Positions 41,022 through 51,156 of a stretch of 64,000 bases of DNA are shown in pieces (position 1 is the first letter of the stretch; each line of letters opens with the position of its first letter). Location: contig OZ251539.1 in the NCBI GenBank assembly GCA_965243135.1, positions 3,936,001 through 4,000,000 of the forward strand, given 5' to 3'. A program made the position numbers and the translations under genes. Source of the DNA: Alphaproteobacteria bacterium (lineage in GTDB: Bacteria; Pseudomonadota; Alphaproteobacteria; MPNO01; UBA830). Below the pieces are notes generated by a model. It searched no databases and had not been told where the DNA came from. It was given only the letters and a program-made list of their open reading frames with translations.

Positions 41022-42208
41022 TGGGAGGTCCTCTCGACGGCGTCCGCGTCCTCGATCTGACTTCGGTCGTGCTCGGCCCGCTGGCGACCCAGATCATGGG
41101 CGACCTCGGCGCCGACGTGATCAAGATCGAAAGTCCCGACGGGGACGCCACGCGGTTCACCGGCCCGAAACGGTCGGCCGAAATGTCGGCGTTGTTCATG
41201 GGACTCAACCGCAACAAGCGTTCGATCGTGCTCGATCTGAAGCAGGAGGCCGCCCGCGGCGCGCTCTGGAGGCTGATCGACGGCGCCGACGTCTTCCTCC
41301 ATTCGATCCGGCCGAATGCCGTCGACCGCCTCGGCTTCGGCCACGAGGCGGTCTGCGCCCGCAACGAACGCATCGTCTACGCGGCGATCCACGGTTTCCG
41401 CGCGGACGGTCCCTACGGCGGCGCGCCGGCTTACGACGACGTGATCCAAGGGCTTAGCGGCAGCGTCGATCTGATGGCGCGGCTCGTGGGCGAACCGCGT
41501 TACATGCCCACCATCATGGCCGACAAGACCTGCGGCCTCGTCGTCGCCTACGCGGTGACGGCCGCGTTGCTGGAACGCGAGCGGTCGGGATCGGGCCAGC
41601 TCGTCGAAATCCCCATGTTCGAGACGATGGTCGCGTTCAACATGGCGGACCACGCGTTCGGCCATGCGTTCGATCCGCCGGAAGGCCCGATCGGCTATAC
41701 GCGCGTGCTGGCGCCGTCCAGGCGCCCCTATCGCACGCGCGACGGCCACATATGCATGCTCGCCTACACCGACCCGCAGTGGAAACGCTTCTGGGAAGAG
41801 GCGGGACGCCCGGAATGCGCCGACGACCCCCGCTTCGGCACGCTCGCGGCCCGCGCGGACAACATCGAGGAAGTGTATCGGACCGCCGCGTCCCTCATCG
41901 CCGGACGGACCACGGACGAATGGCTCGCGGCCCTCGCCCGGCTCGAAATACCGTGCGGGCGGGTCGCGCCGCTCGACGCGCTCGCCGACGACCCCCATCT
42001 CGCGGAGATCGGCTTTTTCCGCAAGGAGACCCATCCGACGGAGGGCGGAATCACCCTCGCCGACGCCCCGGTCCGCTTCAGCCGCACGCCCGCGGCGATC
42101 CGCCGCCTGCAGCCGGGCCTCGGCGAACACGGCGCCGAAATCCTCCGCGAGGCCGGAATGGGCGACGGCGAGATCGCGGCGATGCGGGCCTCGGGCGCAA
42201 CGCGGTAA
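41021..42208 (+). CDS. CaiB/BaiF family III CoA-transferase
   Basis: GPLDGVRVLDL, LGADVIKIESP, NRNKRSIVLDLK, PAYDDVIQ. Confidence 0.92.
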   Translation: MGGPLDGVRVLDLTSVVLGPLATQIMGDLGADVIKIESPDGDATRFTGPKRSAEMSALFMGLNRNKRSIVLDLKQEAARGALWRLIDGADVFLHSIRPNAVDRLGFGHEAVCARNERIVYAAIHGFRADGPYGGAPAYDDVIQGLSGSVDLMARLVGEPRYMPTIMADKTCGLVVAYAVTAALLERERSGSGQLVEIPMFETMVAFNMADHAFGHAFDPPEGPIGYTRVLAPSRRPYRTRDGHICMLAYTDPQWKRFWEEAGRPECADDPRFGTLAARADNIEEVYRTAASLIAGRTTDEWLAALARLEIPCGRVAPLDALADDPHLAEIGFFRKETHPTEGGITLADAPVRFSRTPAAIRRLQPGLGEHGAEILREAGMGDGEIAAMRASGATR

Positions 42209-42226
42209 GGGAAAAGGAGAAAGCCG

Positions 42227-42697
42227 ATGGAAACGATGGGCGTCGGTCTTTACTGGAACGATCTCGAAGTCGGCCGGAAGTTCCGGACGCTGCGCCGGAC
42301 CATCACGGAAGCCGACATCGTGAACTTCATCGGCGTCACCGGCATGGTCGAAACCCTGTTCACCGATATGACGTTCGGCGACCACGGCGGCGGCCCGATG
42401 GGCGGTCGGGTGGTCCCGGCCGCCTGCACCTACGCCATCGTCGAGGGATTGCTCTGCCAGTCGACCATGCAGACCACCGGCCTCGCGCTTCTCGAAGTGG
42501 AGAAGAAGGTGCTCAAACCGGTATTCGCGGGCGACACGGTTCACGCCGAGGTGGAAGTCGCCGCCCTGCGCCCGACGAGCAAGGGCGGCCGCGGCGTCGT
42601 CACGACGATGAACGAGGTGCTCAACCAGAGCGGCGAGGCCGTGATCCGCTATCGCGCCGTCCGCCTCATGGCCGGCCGGCCTTCGGCGGAAGGATAG
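42227..42697 (+). CDS. MaoC-family dehydratase
   Basis: RRTITEADIVNF, PVFAGDTVH. Confidence 0.85.
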   Translation: METMGVGLYWNDLEVGRKFRTLRRTITEADIVNFIGVTGMVETLFTDMTFGDHGGGPMGGRVVPAACTYAIVEGLLCQSTMQTTGLALLEVEKKVLKPVFAGDTVHAEVEVAALRPTSKGGRGVVTTMNEVLNQSGEAVIRYRAVRLMAGRPSAEG

Positions 42698-42781
42698 CGC
42701 GGAACCGCGACGCCCCGGCCGGCTTCGGCGCCGCGCGGCCGTCCGGGAGCGAGGCGGTCGCCGTCTTCTCCGCGCGCCGCG

Positions 42782-45700
42782 TCAGGACAGCGGCGCCAGC
42801 AGCGCGTCCACGTCCTCCGCGGACAACTGCCCCGTGGCATTGGTTTTCACGACGCCCCCCATCAGCGCCCGCTTGCGATCCTGCAACTCGAGGATTCTCT
42901 CCTCCACCGTGCCCATCGTAAGGAGCCTGTAGACGAAAACCGGCTTGTCCTGCCCGATCCGGTGGGCGCGGTCGGTCGCCTGCGCCTCCACCGACGGATT
43001 CCACCAGGGATCGTAATGGATCACCGTGTCGGCCGCCGTCAGGTTCAGTCCGGTGCCTCCCGCCTTGAGGCTGATCAGGAACAGGGGAACGCTTCCCGAC
43101 TGGAATTCCCGCACCACGGAAGCGCGGTCGCGGGTGTTGCCGACCAGCTTGACGAAATCGATCTCCCGCTCCCGCAAGCCGCCTTCGATCAGCTCCAGCA
43201 TGCTGGTGAACTGCGAGAACAACAGAATGCGCCGCCCTTCCTCGATGAGCTCGGGCAGCATCTCCATCAGGCGCGACAGCTTGGCGGACTGCGCGTTCCT
43301 GGCCTCGGGGCGGTTCTTGACGAGCCGCGGGTCGCAGCACACCTGCCGCAGCCGCAGCAACGCCTCGAGGATGATGATGTGGCTGCGCGCCATGCCCTTG
43401 TTCGCGATTTCGCGCCGGACCTTCTCGTGCATCGCCAGCCGAATGATTTCGTAGAGATCCCTCTGGGCCCCGCCCATCTCCACGTGCTCGACGATGTCGG
43501 TCTTGCTGGGCAGGTCGGCCGCCACGTCCTCCTTGAGGCGCCGCAGCAGGAACGGAGCGACGCGCCGCCCGAGAAACGATCTCCGCCCCGCGTCGCCATG
43601 CTTTTCGATCGGCGTGCGAAACGCCTTCCTGAACTGCCTCTCGTCGCCGAGCAGGCCGGGCATCAGGAAGTCGAACTGGGACCACAGATCGCCCAGGTGG
43701 TTCTCCATCGGCGTGCCCGTCAGCGTGACGCGGTATCTCGACTTCAGCTGCCTGGCGGTGCGGGCGATCTTGGTCCGGGAATTCTTGATCGCCTGCGCCT
43801 CGTCGAGAATCACGAGGTAGTAGGTCGTCGCCAGAAGTTCGGCCTGATCGCGCGGCAACAACGGATAGGTGGTCAGGACGACGTCGTGGCCGGCGATTTC
43901 GCCGAACCGGCCCTTGCGGTCGGCGCCGTGAAGGGTCAGGACCTTGAGGCCGGGCGCGAACCGTTCGATCTCGATCCGCCAGTTCGCCATGAGGCTGGTC
44001 GGCGCGACGATGAGGCACGGCCCGTCCATGCGGCCGGATTCCTTTTCGACCAGAATGTGGGCGATGGCTTGGATGGTCTTGCCGAGCCCCATGTCGTCGG
44101 CGAGGATCCCGCCGAACGCGAACTCCCTGAGAAACTGCAGCCAGTTCAGCCCCGCCTGCTGGTAGGGCCGCAAGGCGCCCCGGAAGGAAGCCGGCACGGG
44201 CGCTTCCGCGATGCTCCGCAAAGCGCGCAGTTTGCGCCCGGTCTCGACGAGCGACAACCCGCCGTTCCACCGGAGATCGGTCGACTCGAGTTCGCGCTCG
44301 AGATCGGCGATCTCCGCCGCCTGGCGGGCGTGAACGGGAATCCGTCCCTGGTCGTCGAGTCCGTTGACCCGAAAGAGATCGCACAGGGTGGCCAGCATCG
44401 GCCGGAGCCGCGCCATGGGAAGGGGAAGCAGCTTGCCGCTGTCCATGCTCATGTAAACGTTGCCGTCCCCCGCCCCCTCGAGGAAGGCTTCGAAGTCTTC
44501 GTCAGTCGGGAATTCGTCGAGCAGTTGCATCAGAAACGGCATGAGGTTGACCTTCTCGCCGTCGACGATCACGCCGAGAGAGAAACCGAACCAGTCGATT
44601 CCGCTCCCCTCCTCGACTTCGGCGTGCCATTCGTCCTCGACCTGCGCGATCGCCAGCGGATAGTCCTCGCTGACCTCGACGCGCCATCCTTCGGCCTCGA
44701 GTTCGGGAAGGCCGTTCTCGAAAAAGTAAAGCAGGGATCTCGTCATGTCGCCGTGGCCGTTCATGACGAGATCGCGGTTCCCGTGGAAACCCGCGCCGGG
44801 CGAACGCCGGGGGCTGACGCCCAGGTCGACGTCGCGGAGCCAGGAGCCGAGGGGCACGAAACCGAACTCGGCCAGGCGCCGGTAGGCCTCGTCCTCGAAT
44901 TTCCGGTCCCGGGAGACCACGATCAGGTCGCCGTCTTCGTGGATCGCCTTCGACAGCGCGTCGTCGCCCGGCTCGAAACGGCAATGGCCGTAATCGAAAC
45001 CGGCGCGAGCCACCGGCAAGCGGTACAGTTCCAGGTCCCAGCGGTTGGAATACATCTCGATCTCCGTCTGGGCGAGATTCAGGAACGGAACCGGGCGAAC
45101 GTCCGCTTCCCTGACGGCGGCGAACGTCTTGGGCATCGGGACGATGCCGGCGGGGAACCGCGTCTCGATTTCCCTCCGCGCCGCCGCCGCGGATTCCGGG
45201 GAGATGGGCGGCGCGTTCGCCAGTGTCGCGGCCTGCTTCGGCGGCATTCCGAGGTCCACGACGCCGCAGGAGGCGTTCTCCGCGTCGACGTACCGCAGCG
45301 GCGCCACCGGCAGGATGCAGGTAGCCGGGGGATCCGAAAGGATGCGCAGATGCTGCGCGCCCGTTTCCACGACCTCCCATTCCAGCGTCCCCTTGCGGGA
45401 CGGGCCCGGCAACAGCGGCGGGCCCTCGATTTCGCCCCAACAGCATCTGCCGGTCTGCAGGATCAGCGCCAGGATGTCGTGCCCCTCTTCGTCGTGCAGC
45501 GGATAGCCGGCGCCCGGCGGATCGTATTTCAACGCGCGGGCGCCGGCTATCCGCGAAATGATCCGGGTGTCGATCGATTTCAGATACTTCGGAACAGGTC
45601 CGCGATCGAGCGCGAAGACATCGTAATCGCGGGGCTTTCCGAGACTGTCGTCCTTTCGCAACCGGGCCGTCTTCAGCCACGCGCGAACCTCCGGCTTGCC

Positions 45701-46141
45701 GCCTGCGTCCGCGTCGAGCCGGAGAACGTAGATCATCCGGTGGCGGACGTTCGCCGCATATTCTTCGTCCGCGCCGCTCTGGACGGCTTCTTCGAGCGCG
45801 CCGACCCAGCCCAGGAAACCCGGTTCCAGAACGTCGCCCTTGATGCGCGTCTCGGGACGCGCGAGGCCCTCGATCAAAAGCGCCGCGATATGCGCGCATC
45901 CGCTTCCGGCGTGGCAGGTGCACGAACCCGAGATCCTTACGCCCCCGCGCCCGTCGTTCAGAATCCGGATGCTCTGCTCGTAGAGAAGGCCGTGATTTCC
46001 CAGCACGTTGCCGGTCAGCCTGCGTCCGTTGTCGTGGAACTCCATGTTGCGCACCTGCCGGTTGCGGTGATGCGCCCATCCCTGATCGAAGGATGCCTCC
46101 GGGAACGTCTGTCCGACATCGTTGAGTGTGTAATGCTCCAT
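42782..46141 (-). CDS. SWIM zinc-finger SNF2 helicase
   Basis: CTC..CAH SWIM; LRPYQ, LADDMGLGKT, DEAQ, TGTPMEN, DPWWNP..QATDRAHRIGQ. Confidence 0.93.
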   Translation of the reverse strand: MEHYTLNDVGQTFPEASFDQGWAHHRNRQVRNMEFHDNGRRLTGNVLGNHGLLYEQSIRILNDGRGGVRISGSCTCHAGSGCAHIAALLIEGLARPETRIKGDVLEPGFLGWVGALEEAVQSGADEEYAANVRHRMIYVLRLDADAGGKPEVRAWLKTARLRKDDSLGKPRDYDVFALDRGPVPKYLKSIDTRIISRIAGARALKYDPPGAGYPLHDEEGHDILALILQTGRCCWGEIEGPPLLPGPSRKGTLEWEVVETGAQHLRILSDPPATCILPVAPLRYVDAENASCGVVDLGMPPKQAATLANAPPISPESAAAARREIETRFPAGIVPMPKTFAAVREADVRPVPFLNLAQTEIEMYSNRWDLELYRLPVARAGFDYGHCRFEPGDDALSKAIHEDGDLIVVSRDRKFEDEAYRRLAEFGFVPLGSWLRDVDLGVSPRRSPGAGFHGNRDLVMNGHGDMTRSLLYFFENGLPELEAEGWRVEVSEDYPLAIAQVEDEWHAEVEEGSGIDWFGFSLGVIVDGEKVNLMPFLMQLLDEFPTDEDFEAFLEGAGDGNVYMSMDSGKLLPLPMARLRPMLATLCDLFRVNGLDDQGRIPVHARQAAEIADLERELESTDLRWNGGLSLVETGRKLRALRSIAEAPVPASFRGALRPYQQAGLNWLQFLREFAFGGILADDMGLGKTIQAIAHILVEKESGRMDGPCLIVAPTSLMANWRIEIERFAPGLKVLTLHGADRKGRFGEIAGHDVVLTTYPLLPRDQAELLATTYYLVILDEAQAIKNSRTKIARTARQLKSRYRVTLTGTPMENHLGDLWSQFDFLMPGLLGDERQFRKAFRTPIEKHGDAGRRSFLGRRVAPFLLRRLKEDVAADLPSKTDIVEHVEMGGAQRDLYEIIRLAMHEKVRREIANKGMARSHIIILEALLRLRQVCCDPRLVKNRPEARNAQSAKLSRLMEMLPELIEEGRRILLFSQFTSMLELIEGGLREREIDFVKLVGNTRDRASVVREFQSGSVPLFLISLKAGGTGLNLTAADTVIHYDPWWNPSVEAQATDRAHRIGQDKPVFVYRLLTMGTVEERILELQDRKRALMGGVVKTNATGQLSAEDVDALLAPLS

Positions 46142-46394
46142 GGGAAACCCCTATATCTTGCGGCTCCTCCAAAGAATAACCGAATCGCCCCCCACCATAG
46201 AATGCTTTGCGGCCTTCGAAATTCCGCTTTCCCCCAGCCGAGCCCACCCTGTCCACAGAAAATTTCCGCCGCGGGCGAAAAATCTGTTGCCCTCAGCGTT
46301 TGGCGATATATGGTAGAAATGAATTTGCAATACACCGAATGTAGAAATTCCTGTCGCAAAGCGGTACAAGGCAACGACAAGAGGAGAAAAGACG

Positions 46395-46763
46395 ATGCGA
46401 TGGAGTCCCGAACGGGTGGAAACGTTGAGTCGCCTTTGGGCGGAGGGATTGACGGCGCGCGCCATCGCCGAGCGTCTGGACAACAGCGTGACGCGGAACG
46501 CGGTCATCGGCAAGGCGCACCGGCTCAACCTGCAGCGCGGCAAGATGGTTCCCCGGAAGGACCCGGAGCCGGAGCCCGTCGTCATCGACGCGAAGCTTCT
46601 CCCGCGCACTGCCGGCGTCGAACCGTGGATGTGCCGCTGGCCGATCGACGAACCCGGCAAGCACAAACTGCACATTTGCGGCAAGACGGCTCAGCCAGGC
46701 CGCCCCTATTGCGCCGAGCACTGCACCGAGGCCTACCTGTCGAGACGGCGCTCGGTGGCCTGA
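46395..46763 (+). CDS. gcrA: GcrA-family cell-cycle regulator (short form)
   Basis: MRWSPERVETL..GLTARAIA..VTRNAVIGKAHRL; CRWPI..CG..YCAEH. Confidence 0.88.
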   Translation: MRWSPERVETLSRLWAEGLTARAIAERLDNSVTRNAVIGKAHRLNLQRGKMVPRKDPEPEPVVIDAKLLPRTAGVEPWMCRWPIDEPGKHKLHICGKTAQPGRPYCAEHCTEAYLSRRRSVA

Positions 46764-46815
46764 AGCGCCGCGGACGCCCTTCCCGTCGCGAAGGGCGCCG
46801 TTCCCCGGCGCGCGG

Positions 46816-47925
46816 TCAGGCGGACGCCTCTATGTGAACGTGGACCGCTTCCGGCCCGTCGACGATCTCGCGGCCGAGAACGCGAACCGCCTTGTCGGCC
46901 TCGTCCACCGGGTAGCGGTGGGTGCACAACTTCCGCAGCGCGTCACCCTTGCGGCGGATCACGTCGATCGCCTTTTCGACCGAAGACCAGCTCGACGACA
47001 GCACGCCCAGCATCGAGATTTCCTTGGTGATCAGCTTGTCGGACACGAAGCCGGGAATCGGGTTCGAGGCCTTGAGGCCGGCCACCACGACCGTGCCGCC
47101 GGGCCGGACCATTTCGACCGCCTGGACGATCGGTTCGGTCGCAAGCGCGGAAACGTCGACCACGACGTCCGCGAGCCGGCCGCCCGTCGCCTCGACCACG
47201 CGCTCCACGGGATCCTCGTCGCCGACGACGACGGTCTCGTCGGCCCCGAGCTCGCGCGCCAGGGACAGCCGGACTTCGTCCCGGGAAGTCCCCGTCACGA
47301 TGATCTTGCCGGCCCCGGCCTCGCGCGCCGCCACGACGGACAGCAGGCCGCGCTGACCGGGGCCCTCGATCACGATCGTGTCGCCCATTCCCGTTCCGGG
47401 CCGCTCCACCGCCCATCGCACTGCGTTCGACATCGGATTGAACAGGCTCATGACGTCGGTCGGCACGTCCGACGGCGCCCGGTGCAGGGTCGCGCGCGGG
47501 TGAAGATACATGTGCGTCCCGTACCCGCCCCAGAGATGCGGCGGGTTGTCGAAGCCCACGCGAAGCCCGTAACCCATCCCGTCCTTGCAGAGAACCGGGC
47601 GCCCGACCTGGCACTGGAAGCATTGTCCGCAGGGAATCGACGCCTCGACGGTCACGCGGTCGCCTTCCTTCACTCCCCAGCGCTTCGCCGCTTCCCGACC
47701 GACCTTCTCGATCCAGCCCAGAATCTCGTGCCCGGGAACCACGGGCCGGACCGACCACGGCGTGTCGTCCAGATGGCCGAGATACTGTTCCCAGTCCGTG
47801 CCGCAAAGGCCGGCGGCCTCGACCCGAAGCAGTCCGTCGTCGGAGCCGACGTCGGGAAGTTCGACCTCGCGATAATCGAAAGTGCGCGGTTCGGTGAGAA
47901 CCGCGACCCTGGCCTTGTCCGTCAT
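46816..47925 (-). CDS. Zinc-binding alcohol dehydrogenase
   Basis: GLCGTD, GHE, CGQCFQC..C. Confidence 0.9.
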   Translation of the reverse strand: MTDKARVAVLTEPRTFDYREVELPDVGSDDGLLRVEAAGLCGTDWEQYLGHLDDTPWSVRPVVPGHEILGWIEKVGREAAKRWGVKEGDRVTVEASIPCGQCFQCQVGRPVLCKDGMGYGLRVGFDNPPHLWGGYGTHMYLHPRATLHRAPSDVPTDVMSLFNPMSNAVRWAVERPGTGMGDTIVIEGPGQRGLLSVVAAREAGAGKIIVTGTSRDEVRLSLARELGADETVVVGDEDPVERVVEATGGRLADVVVDVSALATEPIVQAVEMVRPGGTVVVAGLKASNPIPGFVSDKLITKEISMLGVLSSSWSSVEKAIDVIRRKGDALRKLCTHRYPVDEADKAVRVLGREIVDGPEAVHVHIEASA

Positions 47926-48185
47926 CAATCTCTTCCTTTCGCCGTTTTCCGCCCAAGCCTGCCGTTCCGGCGGAGCGGACGCAATCGCGGCCCTGCCGCG
48001 CTCGGGCGGAACCGCTTCGCGGAGCGGCGGCCCGGCGCTTTCCTTCGCGCGCGGCGAACCGGCGCGAGTCCGGCCGCCCCGGACGTGCGCGACCAGCGGC
48101 GCGCCGCCGCGGCGAAGTCGGCGTTCCGCCGTTGCCGCCCCCTCGCGGCGAACTTATGATGCGCCGCGAAGGGAGATGGCTGGCC

Positions 48186-49016
48186 ATGATCGATCTCACC
48201 GGAAAAGTCGCCATCGTCACCGGCGGCGGCGGAGGCATGGGCGGCGCCATGACGTTGGCCCTCGCCGGCGCCGGCGCGGCGGTCTGCGCTGCCGACCTCG
48301 ACCCGGACGCCGTCGCGGCCGTGGCTTCGAAGGCGTCGGCGGGCCGCGTCCTGCCGGCCGCGTTCGACGTGACCGACTACGACGACTGCGCGCGGGTCGT
48401 CGAACTGGCCCGCAAGGAGCTGGGCCCGGTCGGCGTTCTGGTCAACAACGCGGGCGTCGGCATGCAGACGATCGACCCGAACTACATGAACGAACCCGCG
48501 AAATTCTGGCGCGCCGACATGGACCGCTGGCAGCGGATGATGGACGTCAACTTCAAAGGCGCGTTCATGATGGCGAAGCTGGCGGCGGAAAGCATGGTCG
48601 AACGCGGCTCCGGACGCATCGTCAACGTGACCACCAGTCTCGACACCATGATCCGGCAAAACTATTCTCCCTACGGTCAGTCGAAGGCGGCTCTGGAGGC
48701 CGCGACGTCGACCTGGGCCAAGGACCTGGAGGGCACGGGCGTCACCGTCAACGTCCTGGTTCCCGGCGGTCCGACCAATACCGGCTTCATTCCGGAGAGC
48801 GCGCCCTTCGACCGTTCGAAGCTCGTGCAGCCGGAAGTCATGGCGGCCCCCGTCGTCTGGCTCGCCTCGGATCGATCCGGCGGCGTCACCAGCTGCCGCT
48901 TCGTCGCCAACGACTGGGACTCCTCGCTCGACCCCGACGAGGCGGCGGCGGCCGTCCGCGCGCCGGCCGCATGGCCCGGCGCCGGCGCTCAGGCCGTGTG
49001 GCCGGGAGCCGCCTGA
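48186..49016 (+). CDS. SDR-family oxidoreductase
   Basis: TGGGGGMG, NNAG, YGQSK. Confidence 0.9.
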   Translation: MIDLTGKVAIVTGGGGGMGGAMTLALAGAGAAVCAADLDPDAVAAVASKASAGRVLPAAFDVTDYDDCARVVELARKELGPVGVLVNNAGVGMQTIDPNYMNEPAKFWRADMDRWQRMMDVNFKGAFMMAKLAAESMVERGSGRIVNVTTSLDTMIRQNYSPYGQSKAALEAATSTWAKDLEGTGVTVNVLVPGGPTNTGFIPESAPFDRSKLVQPEVMAAPVVWLASDRSGGVTSCRFVANDWDSSLDPDEAAAAVRAPAAWPGAGAQAVWPGAA

Positions 49017-49799
49017 TTGGCGCTGTCGAAGGACGAACGCCGCGCCTTGCTGCTAGCGGCGACCGCGATCGCGGATCGCGCGGCGGCCCTCGTCATGGAA
49101 ATCTACGGAACCGAATTCAGCGTCCGGCGCAAGGACGACTCCTCGCCCGTGACCGAGGCGGACGAACGCGCCGAAGACCTGATCCTGCCGGCGCTTCGGG
49201 AATTGATCGACGGAGCGGCGGCGATCGGCGAGGAATCCGTCGCCCGGGGCGCGCGCCCTCCGGTCGGGAACGGCCCGTTCTGGCTGGTCGACCCGCTCGA
49301 CGGAACGAAGGAATTCGTTAGCCGAAACGGCGAATTCACCGTCAACATCGCGCTCGTCGAAAACCGCAGCCCCGTTCTCGGCGTGGTCCTCGCGCCGGCC
49401 GCCGGGGTCGGTTTCAGGGCGTGCGGAGCGGGCACCGCGGAGAAGCGCGGAACGGGAGGCGAGTGGACGCCTATCCGCGCCCGCCGGGTCCCCGCGAACG
49501 GCGCCGTCGTCGTCTCCAGCCGGTCCCACGGCGACCGCCGGCGGATCTCGGAGATGTTGCGGGGCGCCTTGATCGACCGGCACCGACTCGCAGGGAGTTC
49601 CCTCAAATTCTGCCTCGTCGCCGAGGGAACCGCCGACATCTACCCCCGCTACGGCGCGACGTCCGAATGGGACACGGGAGCCGGGCAGGCGGTCCTGAAC
49701 GCCGCCGGCGGCAGCGTGCGAACGCTGGACGGCGACGAACTCCGATACGGCAAGGCAGGTTGGAGAAATCCGGAATTCGTCGCCCGCGGGCTGGAATGA
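49017..49799 (+). CDS. cysQ: 3'(2'),5'-bisphosphate nucleotidase
   Basis: SPVTEAD, WLVDPLDGTKEF, GSSLKFC, EWDTGAG. Confidence 0.9.
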   Translation: MALSKDERRALLLAATAIADRAAALVMEIYGTEFSVRRKDDSSPVTEADERAEDLILPALRELIDGAAAIGEESVARGARPPVGNGPFWLVDPLDGTKEFVSRNGEFTVNIALVENRSPVLGVVLAPAAGVGFRACGAGTAEKRGTGGEWTPIRARRVPANGAVVVSSRSHGDRRRISEMLRGALIDRHRLAGSSLKFCLVAEGTADIYPRYGATSEWDTGAGQAVLNAAGGSVRTLDGDELRYGKAGWRNPEFVARGLE

Positions 49800-50767
49800 T
49801 CCTGCGCGCCGCGCCCGAGGTCGCGATCCGCGCCGGCGCGATGCTTCGCCGCGGCGAACCGGTCGCGTTCCCCACCGAAACCGTGTACGGGCTCGGCGCC
49901 GACGCCACGTCCGACGCTGCGGTCGCGCGCATATTCGAGATCAAGAAGCGCCCGTCCTTCAATCCCCTGATCGTTCACGTCGCCGACTTCGAAGCGGCCG
50001 CCGCGCTGGCCGATCTGAACGAAGCCGCTCGCATGCTGGCGCGGGAATTCTGGCCGGGACCGCTTTCGCTGGTCGTCCGTCGCCGCGACCGCTGCCCGGT
50101 TTCCCTGCTCGTCAGCGCGGGGCTGGACACGATCGCGATCCGCGTTCCCGGACATCCCGCGGCGCTGGCCATTCTGGCGGCGGCCGATCGGCCCGTGGCC
50201 GCCCCCAGCGCCAACGCGTCCGGAGAGGTCAGCCCCACCCGCGCGTCCCATGTCGCCGACTCGCTGGGCAAGGCCGTGCCGCTGATCGTGGACGGCGGCC
50301 CCTGTCCCGTGGGAATCGAGTCGACGGTCGTCGACTGCAGGGGCGCGGCGCCCGCGATTCTCAGACCCGGCGGAATAACGGCGGAGGAGATCGCCGCCGT
50401 GGCGGGGGAGCCCGGACGCGGCGCCGGCGGCGCGGCGGCTTCCCCCGGCTTGCTCGCGAGCCACTACGCGCCGTCTCGCCCGTTGAGGTTGAACGTTCGG
50501 TCGGTTCGACGCGGAGAAGCGCTGCTTTCCTTCGGCAGGCACGACCTCGGGAGCGGCGCGCGCGAAGAGAATCTCAGCCCCGAAGGAGATCTGCGGGAAG
50601 CGGCGGCCAATCTCTTCGCCATGCTGCGAACGCTCGATCGCCCCGAACATGCCGCCATAGCCGCGATGCCGATACCCGAGACGGGTCTCGGCGTCGCCAT
50701 CAACGACAGGCTGAGGCGAGCGGCCCGTCCGCCGGACGAGCGTTCCGGCCGCCCCCGGCCGGAATGA
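49796..50767 (+). CDS. tsaC: L-threonylcarbamoyladenylate synthase (Sua5)
   Basis: FPTETVYGLGA, KKRPSFNPLIVH, APSAN, SHYAP. Confidence 0.92.
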   Translation: MILRAAPEVAIRAGAMLRRGEPVAFPTETVYGLGADATSDAAVARIFEIKKRPSFNPLIVHVADFEAAAALADLNEAARMLAREFWPGPLSLVVRRRDRCPVSLLVSAGLDTIAIRVPGHPAALAILAAADRPVAAPSANASGEVSPTRASHVADSLGKAVPLIVDGGPCPVGIESTVVDCRGAAPAILRPGGITAEEIAAVAGEPGRGAGGAAASPGLLASHYAPSRPLRLNVRSVRRGEALLSFGRHDLGSGAREENLSPEGDLREAAANLFAMLRTLDRPEHAAIAAMPIPETGLGVAINDRLRRAARPPDERSGRPRPE

Positions 50768-50776
50768 CGGATTCCC

Positions 50777-50996
50777 CATTCCGGAGCCAAGCTCGATCTG
50801 CTGGTGGCGACCGGCGTTACGGATTCGAGACGAAGCGCCGCGCCTGACGGCCTCCATGCGTTCCGCCCTGGAGAGTCCGGATCTTGACGGGCTGGACGCC
50901 GTGCACGCCGGAACGCGCAGATGCGCAATGGCTCCCCGCGTGCGCTCGCTTCCCGTCGACCAACTGGCGGCCACGTTGCGGCCCTTGCGTGGATGA
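50777..50996 (+). pseudogene. C-terminal relic of a DUF4143-type ATP-binding/nuclease gene
   Basis: HSGAKLDLLV / RYGFETK / APRLTASMRSALE..LDAVHAG in shifting frames. Confidence 0.5.
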
Positions 50997-51156
50997 AGCC
51001 TGCGCAACCGCCGCGCTTCCCGGCGCGGCGTCCCGTCCTCCTCGGCAGGCGGCTCCCCGAGCGCGAAGCGCGTCTCGTTTCGGCGCGGGTTCCGCCCCGG
51101 ATTTTCGTCGCCGGACATTGCCCATCGCCGTCGCATGGATTAAGTCTGGCGGCGCG

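Noticed and set aside
42962-46837. Very long opposite-strand ORFs (also 1096-2574, 31578-34922, 29588-31669, 61619-63616)
   Set aside because: Antisense shadows of real high-GC genes; no family motifs.
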